From NCBI GenBank assembly GCA_015680685.1, contig MNCI01000751.1, forward strand, positions 369,893-419,747: DNA of 49,855 nt, in the 5' to 3' direction. A model generated the notes under the pieces. That model made no database searches, was not told where the DNA came from, and saw only the letters and a list, made by a program, of their open reading frames with translations. Numbering within the stretch: the first letter of the stretch is position 1; every line of letters begins with the position of its first letter. The position numbers and the translations under genes are program-made. Of this stretch, positions 35,150 through 47,618 are shown in pieces. The DNA is from Gnetum montanum. Lineage: Eukaryota; Plantae; Gnetophyta.

Positions 35150-37790
35150 AAAAGTTACACTAAAAATAGACCAAGAAAACATGACTACATTGGGATTTTA
35201 GGATTCCAAGCTTGACTACACTGAGGAAACTTGAAATAGATGATATATTTCATCCACATAGTCTTGGAATAAGTGCCATATCTCATTCAACTGCAAAACC
35301 TAATCCTAGGTAGTTCATCCCTGCTAAGAAATCACATGATCAAGCTAGACAAGTAAGTGTAGACCTTGGCACAAACTAAGTGGCCAAAAGACATCAAAAT
35401 TCATCCAAAAACAAGTTTCCCATGTGACTATGATGTTTTGGAGGTAGAATACACTGGTCCAGCATAGTCCATGATAGAATAGACTTCTCCTAGTCCATAT
35501 ACCCTTCAATCGACTTTGAATCTCCATACCATCTCCCTGAACCTTGGCCAAAGCTCAACGTAGTTTTGAACTCAATCAAACTAATAAAATGATGCCACAA
35601 ATTGATCACAACCCATGACTACACTAGAGAAACCCATTAACTACACTAGTCCAGTGTATTCATAAGGTTTATGAGAATAATTTATCATAGAAACCCTTTT
35701 AGACTTACAAAAGTGAACTTTAGAGCCTCAACACCTCCTCAAGACCTTTGGTGACCTTAGAATTTTGACCAATCATCCAAAAACCTTGCAAAAATTCACA
35801 AAAACCCATTCCCAAAGTGTGACTACACTATCTTAGCGTAGTCACAAAATTTATGGGAATAATTAACCATAGAAACCATTCCAAATCTCCAAAATTGAAC
35901 TTCAAAGCCTCAACACCTTCTCAAGACCTCGAGTGATCTTAAAATGTCAACCAACCACTCAAAAATCTTGTAAAAATGCATAAAAATTCATTCTCAAAGT
36001 GTGACTATGCTATGAATGGGATGACTACACTAGGCTGGCATAGTCATAGTAGGTGCCCAGTGTAGTCCATTCAAAACCTTTAAAAGAATCATTTTCAAGT
36101 CCAAATCCACCTCTAAAGACCTTAGAACCATGCCAAACCAAACAATTTAAGCAAGATTTTGTTATTTTTTTAGCCCAAATGCCATTTCACAAGGGTAACT
36201 ATACTGGGCCAATGTAGTCACTAGTGGTAGCCAGTGTAGTCCACCTACAAAGCATAAACATGAAATTCCCAAGTCAAACCCACTTTTCAAGAACCCCAAA
36301 ATCCAACTAGACTAAAAACCAAGACAGCACTTATCACCTTTTCCCCTTTGGAACATCTTCCAACCCCAACTACACTGGGGAGGGTGTGAGTACACTAGGC
36401 TAACATATTCACTAGTTTTTCCTAGTGTAGTCCACCTAAAATTAGTCAAAAGTATCTACAAAGAGCTAACATGCATTGTTGAAAGTCTTGGAACCCTATC
36501 GAATCTAATTTCAGTAATAAAACCTAGTATCTTCCACTTTCTTAACACCGACTATGCTCAGGATGAAGTGACTACATTGGGATAGCATAGAAACTAGTGT
36601 TGCCCAGCGTAGTCCACATTTTGGAGCTTAAAATAACTCAAATATAATCACCAGAACACCATTTCTAATTGCAAGACCTTACCATAGCACATTGAGACCA
36701 TCAAACCTTTGATCTGAGGTAGAATTCACCATTTTTCATGTCACATCTTGTGACTATGCTAACAACTATTATGACTACACTAGGCTAGCATAGTCACTAG
36801 TGTTGCCTAGCGTACTCAACTTGGAATTTTCCAAAATAGCTTAGAAATTGTCAAATTTAACTCCTGGAAAGACCTAGAACACTGCCAAAGCATGCTAAGA
36901 CCTTGGAACCTTAGAAAATGAGTAGAAATTCATCATTTTTACTATTTTCATTTCTAATCCCTCAACTACATTGGGCACTACATGCCCAATGTAGTCACAG
37001 GGTATTTGACCTTCCAAGCCCTAAGAAATCATCAAAATTGATAATTTTGACATCAAATCCCTAGCCAGCAACACCAATAACTCACGAAGCCCATTAGCAT
37101 GGTTGATTGAGCCTCAAAACTCACCAAAATTCATTTCACATGCATAACTATGTTGAGGAAGACTATGACTATGCTAACCTAGCGTAGTCATAGTAGGAAG
37201 AGAAAATGTAACAACAACAATTGACAGTATACCTTTCAAAATGGCCCAAAATAGACCCAAAATGATTAGAACTCTGCCCCATGTTTTCCAACTATAATTT
37301 TGCTTCATCTCAACCCTAGAAACACCAAATTCCACTTAACTACTCTTAGAAATCCTGTGACTATGCTAGTGTAGTGTAGTCATAGTAAAATGAAAAAATG
37401 TGGCAATAACAATCAATAGTATACCATTCAAAATGGTTTATAATTTGCCCATAATGCTCCAAACCCTTCTATGTGTCACCCAGTTGTAATTTTACTATGT
37501 TTCAACCATAGAAATCCCATGAACTTATCTATTCCTAATGACTATGTTGGGGCCTACTATCCTAGCATAGTCACCACCAAGAACATGTTTTTCAACCTTT
37601 TGGGAGGTCAAACTAGTGCCAACACTTGCAAATCTTCAGTACCCATCCCCTACACTAGCTGTTTGCACCATTGAGAGCCCACAAGTAATCATACTAAGCC
37701 TAGGAAATTGCTCCTACATGTTTACTACATTGGAGAATGCATGACTATGTTGGGCCATCATAGTCACTAGTAGCACCTAGCTTAGTCACA
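35150..37790. repeat. Dispersed array of GACTACACT(G/A)G..CCAGTGTAGTC inverted motifs
   Basis: Dozens of GACTACACT/GACTATGCT and AGTGTAGTC/AGCATAGTC copies within a ~180-bp higher-order periodicity. Confidence 0.8.
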
Positions 37791-38767
37791 AGAAAAAGTG
37801 CTAATTTTTCCTCAAAATAGCCTTGGAATGACACCTTGTGTGTCCAAACTCTCACTGTAACCTTGTAACCCCATACCATGGCCCACTAACGTCTAAAACT
37901 AGAAAAATCTAACTATTGTCCATGTTTTACTGCATGTATTCCATTTTGATAGAATTTACCTTGTTTCAATTTTTTTTTGGCTTGTTTTGATCTTGTTATG
38001 CATTTTTTACCTTCACTACCATCAGTTGACCTCATGTAGCTTCTACATAACTTCAGTTTCATCATACATACCTTGTTTTCTCTATTATGACCTCTATTAA
38101 TCCTTGTTTAGCCTTTGATTGATGTTAAGTGATGGGGTTTGACCATCTTTAACCATCATTTGACACCATGTAGCCATGGCCTGCTAAGGCCTTAAACTAA
38201 CAACATGACCCACTAAGGCCTAAAACTAGCAAAAATGTAATTGTATTTGACTATATTCTTCCATCACTTGACCTTGCTCACACCTTGTTCAACTTGATTT
38301 GACATTAATTGATGTCATTAACATCACCATAACCTTATTTTATTTTATTTAACGTCATTTTATGTGGTCTTTATTTGACCCTATCCTACATCATTTGGCC
38401 CCTGTATTACACATTATTTGCATTATTATTAATATATTCTACATTATTTAACAATTTTATTACATAGGTGTCACTTGATGGGCATATGGTGTCATGCAAG
38501 ATTGAGCTAGAAGGATAGAGAAAATTGGACTAGCCTCAAAGCCTAAATGGGCCCCTCTCATGGTGTTGTTAGACTAAATTGACCTTATGAACCCAAACCT
38601 TAAGCCTGAAACCATTCTACTATAGAGCCATAATTTCCTAAGATAGCTTGACTACTACTAATCTTGAAGCTAGAAACATCACAAAGGATCCCTTAGTTAA
38701 AGTTCCCATTTAAGACCAAGATGGTGGGAAGAAAACACATAGGATCAAGTTCCTCACTAGAACTTAA

Positions 38768-39842
38768 TGTGGACCTTTTGGTATGTCAAAACGTTAAGAA
38801 AAATGGAAGACAAGGTTGTTTGTATGGGTGTGTGATTGTTGTGTTTGTAGAACAAGAACTTGGACTAAGACAAGAAGGTTTGTGAAAGATCAAAGTTATG
38901 GACAAGAAATGAAGGATTTGAAAAGAAAAGGAAGAATGAAGAAAGATGTCTTTGAGAAATAGTAGACATCTTGGCAAAATTGAAGGATGCATAGGCAAAT
39001 ATGTCTTCAAGAAATAGTAGATGTCTCTCATTAGATAAATACTCCTTTCCCTAGACAAAGATGTCTTCCCAAAATGAAGATCAATTTTAGAAAGGTTTCT
39101 TTCCCCAAATAGAGATGTCTTTCCAAAATAGAGGCAAATGTAGAAAGATGTCTCAGGCATGAAGAAGAGGTCTTCCATAACCATTAGCTAGCCATTGCAT
39201 GAGTTCCAAGATGGATTTGAAAACATAGTAGCTATAACAAGACATCATACTCATTGGAAAATGTGCAAACTCTTGTACAATCATTGTGTAATCATTTGTC
39301 AATCATTTTAATCATTGTTTCTCCTCATTATATTATCCTTTTTCCATTGTAAAGTGTGTTGTACCTCAAAGTATAAGGATTAGCAAACTAAGTTGCATTT
39401 ATCCCTCATAATTGTTGTTCTCCCTTGGTGCCCTGCAGGGTTGATGTTCTTCTTGCAAAAAGGCATCTTGCTTAAGCTTGTTGAGATATTCTGGGATTGA
39501 GTGCTAGTGTAACACCACAACACTTTGAAGTAGAGCTCAAGATTGTAAAGGTTGTGGGAGCCTAGAAACCATATTCTAAGCTTATCAGAACCTTGTGGGG
39601 TTGAGTGGTTGGTGCAGTGTCACAACACTCCAAAGTAAGGCTTAGAGATTGTATAGAGTGTGGAACCCTTAAAATCACATTTAAGAACACAAAAGTCTAG
39701 AGGTGTGCTTGTGATCTATCCTCCTAATATGGAGTTCCCAAGTTGGGGGACCACATTAAATTTGGTTTGTGTGCTTTATTCAAAGAATTGTATATAGGGG
39801 AGTTTACTCATCCCACCTCCCTTTTAAGTTCAATGATCCACA
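38768..39842 (+). repeat. 5' LTR of element D (1075 bp)
   Basis: TGTGGACC..GATCCACA. Repeated AGATGTCT/AGACATCT motifs at 38940-39180. Confidence 0.93.
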
Positions 39843-39844
39843 AG

Positions 39845-39856
39845 TGGTATTAGAGC
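39845..39856 (+). promoter_or_regulatory. tRNA-Met PBS of element D
   Basis: TGGTATTAGAGC, 11/12 match to TGGTATCAGAGC, 2 nt after the LTR. Confidence 0.9.
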
Positions 39857-39904
39857 CTGGTACTCTTTTTTGTCGTCATCAACTTCAAGAGTAAACAATG
39901 CAGA

Positions 39905-41620
39905 ATGTTTGATGGATTCAACTTCACCTATTGGAAAGCTAGAATGCAAGGGTTCTTCAAATCCATGGAGTTTGAAGTGTGGGAGTTAATCCTTGAAGGC
40001 TACACTTTGCCTATCAATAGCTCCACCAATATCATCAATCCCTGTAATAAATGGACACAAGAGAAAAAATATAAGTTGATGTTGGATTCTAGAGCAAAAA
40101 AATTATTTATATTATGCTTTGAATAAATCTTAATTTAATAGAGTATAAGGATGTAAAACAACCAACAAAATTTGCCAAATTTTAGAAGTTACATATGAAG
40201 GTACCTCTATTGTTAAGCAATCAAAATTGTTAGTCTTGCAAAGTGAATACGATAAGCTTAAAATGAGAGAAGGTGAAAAGATAAAAGATTACTTCTCTAA
40301 AGCCAATGATATTGTTGTAGCCATTAGAGGTATTGGTAAAGACTTGCCCAAAAGCAATGTGATCATTAAAATGATCAAAACTCTTCAATTGAAGTTCAAA
40401 CCTAAGGTCATAGTAATGGAAGAAATTAGAGATTTATCAACTTTGAAATTTGAAGAACTTCAAAGTGCTCTCATTACATATCAAACAAATCCCATAAGCA
40501 AAGGAGCTATTCAAGAAAGATCCATTGACTTGAATACTACCTCCAAGGAGAAGGAGATCAATGAGCATGATGAGGATGGTGAAGATGAGATTTTCTTTCT
40601 CACGAGGAAGCTACAATGACTAATAACAAGAAGAAACAAAGGAACACATCAACAAAGATTTAATCTATTCAAAGGTAAAGAAAGAGATAAGAATTTTTTC
40701 AATTCTAGTATAGACTTCTCTTCTATAGAATGTTGGATTTGAGAAGGAAGAGTTCATATGACCTTAAAATATCCTAGAAATTTTAGTTTGTAGCCCAATA
40801 AAAAGTTCACTAAATAAGTAAAGAAGATCAACTTCTATACAAGTTGGGATGATGGGGAATAGAGTGAGGAAGAAGTCGACAAGGATGCAAAAAGTTCTCA
40901 TTTCATCTGCATAGCCTTCACTGATGAGGCTACTAATTCATTAGATGATGATCTTAATCATGATAAAATGTTTGATCTTTTATGCAATGAGCTTTTGTCA
41001 TTTTAAAGTCTTTGCACTAAGTTAAGTAAAAAGGTCAAGTCTAAAGATCAAGAAATATCGTTATTGAATTTTACTATTTCTGATCTTTCTAAACAACTCT
41101 TATACCTAAGGGATGAGAATGAAAAGCTAACCTTATCTTTAGAATAAGCTAAAGTGGAAGTTGTAGACATCACATTAATAAATGAGAGATTGGCAAAGTG
41201 AGAGGAACCCTTAGAATGGTCCTAGGACAAGGAAGAATTTCACATGATAAAAGTGGTTTGGGATGTTGTACTCAAGAACATTCATCATCAACAAACACAT
41301 CCCAATCATATGATCCTCTAAAAGAAAAATCTAGCACATCAAATTAGAGGAAGCACCCAAATATTAAAAAGGTCCTAAAAGGTTTGATCATTCTAATCAC
41401 TCATTCTACCATAGGAGGATTAGATGTTATTACTATCATAAGTTAGGACATAAACAATGGGATTTCAATCTTAAATATTATCATGTAGGTAATTGGTTAT
41501 ATCATAGGACTTCTTGGTCTTATCAAAGTGCACTAAGAAATGATTTTATGTAGGACTACAAGGGAGATCAAATGTTAACTCAAAAGACCAAAGAAACCAG
41601 AAAAAAATGGAGAATTAAAT
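39905..41620 (+). pseudogene. gag: Decayed copia-type gag of element D
   Basis: FDGFNFTYWKARMQGFFKSMEFEVWELILEGY (DUF4219-like); YEGTSIVKQSKL..KMREGEKIKDY..FKPKVIVMEEIRDLSTLKFEELQSAL (UBN2-like); eroded knuckles at ~40730 and ~41420. Confidence 0.9.
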
Positions 41621-42149
41621 AGTAGGAATAAGGGACTCGAGATACCCTCACCAACAAAGTCATTAGAGGAAGCCAAGCTTTGGACATTGGAGAAGTTTAG
41701 TTGCGAATAAAATCCTCAAAAAAGGAAACTCATTCTCTAGCCCTCTACACATCATGACCTTTTGATAGTGTGATAGGTAAGTAGAGGTAAGTTTTATTTT
41801 AGTTTTATAAGCTTTCATTAAGACTATAGTCTATTGGCAACCTTTCTCAATCCCATTCTAACTTTGGCAAAGATGTCTTTCCAAAATGAAATATGTCTTT
41901 TGATAAAAAAAGATGTCCTCTAAATCTTTATGCATCATAGGCAAGGCATCTACTAAACATGAAAGACATCTACTATGAATTTGTAATATGGAAAAGATGT
42001 CTTTCTTCTCTAAAAGACATCTTATTTTTTGTTCAAATCCCTCATCTACCATAGCTATTAAAAGATAAAGACCCTCATTTTTATCATATTCTTTTAGATC
42101 TACCCCACATAGATGATAGGGCTCAACTATTTGCAGCACTTTTGTCAAA

Positions 42150-43720
42150 AATGACCCATAAGAAGATTGGAACGTCCAAGGCACCAGCCAAGAAGTGTTT
42201 AAGAGGAAGTTCTAGTAGTATGCCACCCTCTTACATGTTCTAGTTTTGCAGCACAAGTGCATAGCATAAGTTTGAGGCAACTAGAACCATTAGCATTATT
42301 TCTTAACATTATCTTGCTTTCTAGCCCACAGACAACATGCCTTGCTAGATTATTTCAAGCTTTTGAACTGGAATACTTTCATTACTATAAATTTTCTAGT
42401 TCCTAAGATGCTGATTAGAGAGTTTTATTGTAATATCATTATTTCTAATGCTATTATTGAGGCATTCACATCAATGGTTAGGGGAATTGCTGTTGAGGTC
42501 TATGCCCAAGTCATGAATGCAATTCTAGTATTCCTAGTCCTAATGTCTTTTGAAGAACCATTGATACCATGCATGATATTTAAACAAATGGTATAATTCC
42601 TGTAAGACACAATGAATTCTATGATGTATTCTTTGGTAGAGACATGTCTTTTGAGATGGGCCATATTGAGAGAAGAAAGATGACTCCTAATGGCTCCACC
42701 TTGTCTCTTATTGTTTTATATAACATCATGATAAAAGGAGGTAGCTACAGTTATTTACTACCACCTCAGGGTTTTATACTTTACTATCTTCTTACAGGTT
42801 TACCATTGGATTAGGGGCATACACTCTACTGAGACATTTTGATCCTCTATGCCAAGGGGAGAATCCTTGGACATTCCTACCTCATCAGCCTATTGATTTT
42901 CTAGAGGGGTGTCCCTATTCTAGAGTTTCCTTTGCTTAAAGAAAAGAGGAGTCTCCATGGAAGTGGTACAAAAAGCCATACATTCATGTGAGTATGTTGA
43001 GAAGAGGAGTACTTCCCATGCAGTGGAAGTAGAACTAAGCATCATACCTCAAAAACAAAAGAAGAAAGCATCTCCACAGTTAAGAAGATCAAAATCCACC
43101 AGTGCTTAGATCATTTCATCACTAAATAAGCTTCTTTGGCCTTTGCATGAGCCATTGAGAAGCTTGGGAGGAACCTCTTTTACTTGCATAAGAGTTTGGA
43201 TGAATTTGGGATTCCACCTCCCTCTAATGGGTAGGTGTTTGAGGAGGTTACTACTCCTCCTATTTCTAATAGTGAGGAGGATGTTCTTATCCCATTGAGG
43301 CATTCAACAAAGGTTGGTCCTTCACATGCCTATGACTTTGGAATCAAGTCAAATTCGAAGCTAGAGGCATCCCCAACTAGTATCTAGGGGCAACATCATG
43401 CTTCCATGAAACAACCAAAACATCATGATCCAATACCTCCTACTTAATTAGTTCCTCCTTCTACTGATACTCCTCACTCATTTGAGCAATAGGCTATGGA
43501 GAGAATCTTTAGGACCATGTCCCAATGGGTACTAGTCCGATAGCCTCCAACTCCATCAGTTCCACCAGCTTCACTTTTATTTTGAGTGAAGCTTCATCCT
43601 AGGAAAGCTCCTATGTAGCATGTTGAGTCCTCTAATGAGGAATCATAGAGATAAAGCTATTCCAACACTAGTAGTGATGATGAGGAGGAGGAGATTTATC
43701 ATTGATTCCAAGTAGTAGAG
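42150..43720 (+). pseudogene. Decayed env-like / putative plant transposon protein ORF of element D
   Basis: YFKLLNWNTFITINFLVPKMLIREFYCNI..SMVRGIAVEV; GFILYYLLTGLPLD..ILGHSYLISLLI; Pro-rich and acidic C-terminus. Confidence 0.7.
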
Positions 43721-44198
43721 GATTAAGAGTCTAAAGATGCTACCAAGGTTAGTGATTGAGACCTCGAGTGGTTGTTTTATCCCTCCTCTTGTTGATTCTC
43801 AAAAAAGAGGAGATATTTTTTTGGTTCTCACATATGTGATTTTGGGATTTAGCACATACATGCTTAATGTGATTATGAATAATTTGGTATGTAACAATTT
43901 GAGGATGAGTTATAGATAGATGGTTTTTTCCTTTTTTTTATCTCTATGTGATATGTCCTTCCTCTTTATTTTTTCATTTGCATCATTTCATGTCCTATCA
44001 AACCTTCGTGCTCATCCTAATCCCTGGTTTCCATAGGAATTGATATGTCTTAATGATTTCATTAGTCTATTTATATGCACTTTATTTATAGTCTTTATCA
44101 TTTTTGGTTCTGTCAAAAAATGGGGAGAAGTAGCTTATGTGTTGCTACAAGACTAACCCATTTTCTTAAGTTTTGGAAATTACCTAAAATGGTAAGAT

Positions 44199-45270
44199 TG
44201 TGAACCTTTTGGTATGTTAAAATGTTAATAAAAATGAAAGAAAAGGTTGTTTGTGTGGGTGTATGATTATTATGTTTGTAGAACAAGAACTTGGATTAAG
44301 ACATGAAGGTTTGTGGAAGATCAAGGTTGTGAACAAGAAACAAAGAATTCAAAAAGCAAAGAAATATTGAAGAAAGACATCTCTGAGAAATAGTAGATGT
44401 CTTGGAAGAATTGAAGGATGCATAGCCAAAGACGTCTTCAAGAAATAGCAAACATATTTCATCAAACAAAGATTTCTTTCTCTGGACAAAGATATCTTCT
44501 CAGAATGAAGACAAGTTTTAGAAAGATTTCTTTTCCTAGACAAAGACATCTTCCTAGAATATAGGCAAATTCCAAAAGATGTCTCAGGCATGAAGAAGAC
44601 ATCTTCCATAACTACTAGCTAGTTGTTGCAAGAGTTCCAAAATGGATTTGGAAACATAGTAGCTATAAGAAGATATCATACTCATTGGGAAATGTGCAAG
44701 CTCTTGTATAATCATTGTGTAATCATTTATCAATCATTATAAGCATTTTTGATTCTCGTTGTATTATCTTTTGTCCATTGTAAAGTGTACTATACCTCAA
44801 ATTACAAGGATCAAGAAACTAAGTTGCATTCATTCTTTGTAATTGTTATTCTCCCTTGGTGCTCTATAGGGTTGATGTGCTTCTTGAAGGAAGGCATCTT
44901 TCTTGAGCTTGTTAGGATCCTATGGGATTGAATGTTGGTGTAGCACCATAACACTTCAGAGTGAAGCTCAAGATTGTAAAGGTTATGAAAGCCTAGAAAC
45001 CACATTCTAAGCTTTTTGGAACCTTACAAGATTGAGTGGTTGATGTAGTGTCACAACACTTTAGAGTGGGGCTTAGAGATTGTACAGGGTGTGGTAGCCT
45101 TCAAATCACATTTGAGAGCAACAAAGTCCAAAGGTGTGCTTGCAATCTAGCCTCCGAGTGTAGAGTACCCAAGTTGGGGAACCATGTCAAATTTAGTATA
45201 TGTGCTTTGTCCAAAGAATCATAATTAGGGGAACTTATTCATCCCCCCTTTCTAAGGTCAATGATTCATA
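44199..45270 (+). repeat. 3' LTR of element D (1072 bp)
   Basis: TGTGAACC..GATTCATA, colinear with the 5' LTR. Confidence 0.93.
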
Positions 45271-45458
45271 CTTAAGCCTAGTCATGAACTCATCAAGCCT
45301 TGGGAATGCAACATTAAAGCTACCACATAGCCCTCTAACACTTACATGTTTCCTTGTAGTGTTGTTTCCTATTGTTGACAAGTTGTAATGAATGATTGAT
45401 GTTGATGATTTCAAAGGTCTACAGCAAGCAAGAATGCATGACATCTTTCTATAGTTCT

Positions 45459-45595
45459 TTAAGACCTTAAACTAGTGCCACAGTCTACTAAGACCTTAAA
45501 TTGGCAACATGGCTTGCTAAGACCTTAAACTAGTAGCATGGGCCACCAAGGCCTTAAATAGGCAACATGGCCCACCACAACCTTAAACTGGTGAC
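45459..45595 (+). repeat. 5 x 29-bp tandem repeat (CTAAGACCTTAAACTAGCAACATGGCCCA-like)
   Basis: Related units also occur at ~34157-34225 and ~38175-38232. Confidence 0.8.
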
Positions 45596-46601
45596 AATGG
45601 TGACCTTGGTAGCCTATATTATTCTATGTGGCCATATACATTATAATGTGATAACATGTTTTCTTTACTTGGTTTTTCTTGTTCTCTTGGATTTGTGCCT
45701 ATAGGATGAAGCCTAGAGTCATCATAGAGGTGCAACTCACTACAGAAACAAGTCACCATGTGACCTCGATATGCAAGATTTAGTGAGTTTGTTCTATCAT
45801 GCCAAGAGTTATTGTCTCATATTATTTCTATTACCATTCCATTAAACCTAACCTTGTAGCTTGATTATAACTTTTCTTACCTTGGATGACAATGTTGATT
45901 GATGTTTGACACTCATGCACTATGGTCATACGACATTCCTTCATCATGCTCCACTATCAAGACCATTGAGTGTAGCACATCTCATTCAATGAGAAAACCA
46001 TGAAGTCCACTTGAATGTAACACATCTCATTCAATGGAAAACCATCTATGCCATCAAATGTAACACATCTCACTCAACAAGAAAAACCAAATCAAAACCA
46101 GCTTTGGCAAAGAAACCTAATGAAGGTTTCATCCCACAAAAAAAGGGGGGAGAAAATTGCTAAGAAGTCGAATGGTCAATGAAGCCTAAAGGATAGATCA
46201 ATGGCATCAAACATATAAAGGGAGAAGCCAAGTATCCAAAGAGATCTTAGAGTGAGGTATTAGTTTCTCAAACGTGTTTGTTGAGTGAACTACGCATCGA
46301 AATGCAAAGTGTGAAGCCCAAATGGATTAACCAACAGGTATGTGCCACACCAAAGCCATGATGTCAACATTTGAAAATTATTATTACCCCTTGTAATCAT
46401 CTCCTCATAGCCAAATTTCATTGCATCACCTATTACCCCATCATGATCTCACCCCATCATCACAAGCACTCTTGAACATGGTTTGACACTATTGAATCAA
46501 GTGTGGAGAAGGAACATTGGTGATGGACCTGTAGTGGTGTTATATATTCTTTGCTAATGTCTCTCGAGTCAATCATCCATACATCAACAAAGAGGAGCCA
46601 A

Positions 46602-47615
46602 TGAAACACCACCAAAGATTCATGTTGTAAGTTTCATTTCCAAACTTGAGGTAAGGATTCATTGTAAATATGAGATATGTAGTCCATGAGGTACAATCTT
46701 GCATACTTTAACTTTTGGGACTAAAAATGCTTCAAAAGTTATTATTTCCCTGCTTCCCAAGTGGAAAATGGTACCCCATATCTATATTTTGGCTTTGGAA
46801 GGTTGAAAACACCTTGGGAATGACTAAAATTAGCATTTCCATGGGTTTTTGTAAAGGTATAGTCCCAACTACGCTGGAGCTATTAATTCCAACTAGTGCT
46901 ACAATATACATGGTGCTACAGTAGATGAGAAATGGCTACCATAGTCACCACTAAGACCTAGTAGAAGTGCAACATTGGAATTGTTGGAATTTCCATTTTT
47001 CCAATAGTGGCCAATGTAGTCATTCCAAGTTTTCAACTAGTTTTCAATGAAAGAGTATGACAGTGTAGTTGCAACTTCAGCATAGTTAAACTCTAGTGTA
47101 GATGCAACTCCAACATAATTGTATCTCCAGTGTAGTTGTAGCTCTAGCATAGTTGTAGCTCCAATGTCGTTACAGCTTCAACATTGTTCCAGCTTTAGCA
47201 TAGTCCACCAAAGCCAACACAATAAGGATGGTGCCAACATAGTCACAAAAGTCTATTTACTATTTATAGTAAATAGATGGGTTTTGTGGCTGCAGTCCAT
47301 GCTAGAATTACTATAAATGGAAACTATGCTGAGATTTGATAGTCATTACACATACAAATTGACACCAACCTGTCAGCAATCATGGTAGTAGTGCATAGAC
47401 CCAAAAAGCCACACCAATCCTACAAAAAGCCAATGTAAACACCATATTTCACTTCCAACATTTTTTACATTTATAACTTTCACAAAAATTCTAAACCTTC
47501 ACACAAGCAATAGCATTTTTTCATTTTTACAATCAGCAAAGCCCATTGCAACCTTATTTTTACTTTTTGGTAGTAGAAACTGATACTATGTTGGGCACAG
47601 ACACTTCTACATAGT
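46602..47615 (+). repeat. 3' LTR of element C (interrupted or truncated)
   Basis: Matches 28473-~29525; similarity stops after CTTCTACATAGTT. Confidence 0.88.
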
Positions 47616-47618
47616 TTC

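Larger units (their letters stand above)
38768..45270 (+). mobile_element. Element D: structurally complete non-autonomous copia (SIRE-like) LTR element with gag and an env-like ORF but no pol
   Basis: LTRs 38768-39842 and 44199-45270. Perfect TSD CTTAA (38763-38767, 45271-45275). PBS TGGTATTAGAGC. Several PPT-like tracts (43801, 44115, 44186). Confidence 0.93.
28473..47615 (+). mobile_element. Element C: Tat/Ogre-like gypsy derivative with gag-protease only
   Basis: LTRs start TGAAACACCACCAAA at 28473 and 46602. PBS TGGTGCTAGAAGGAGGG, PPT AAAGAGGAG at 46589-46597, gag and PR motifs, no RT/RH. The 3' LTR is cut at ~47615. Confidence 0.85.

Noticed and set aside
38786-39184. 132-aa ORF, with similar ORFs at 44349-44609 and 41858-42184
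   Set aside because: Antisense translations of the AGATGTCT repeat block; similarity reflects LTR duplication, not protein conservation.
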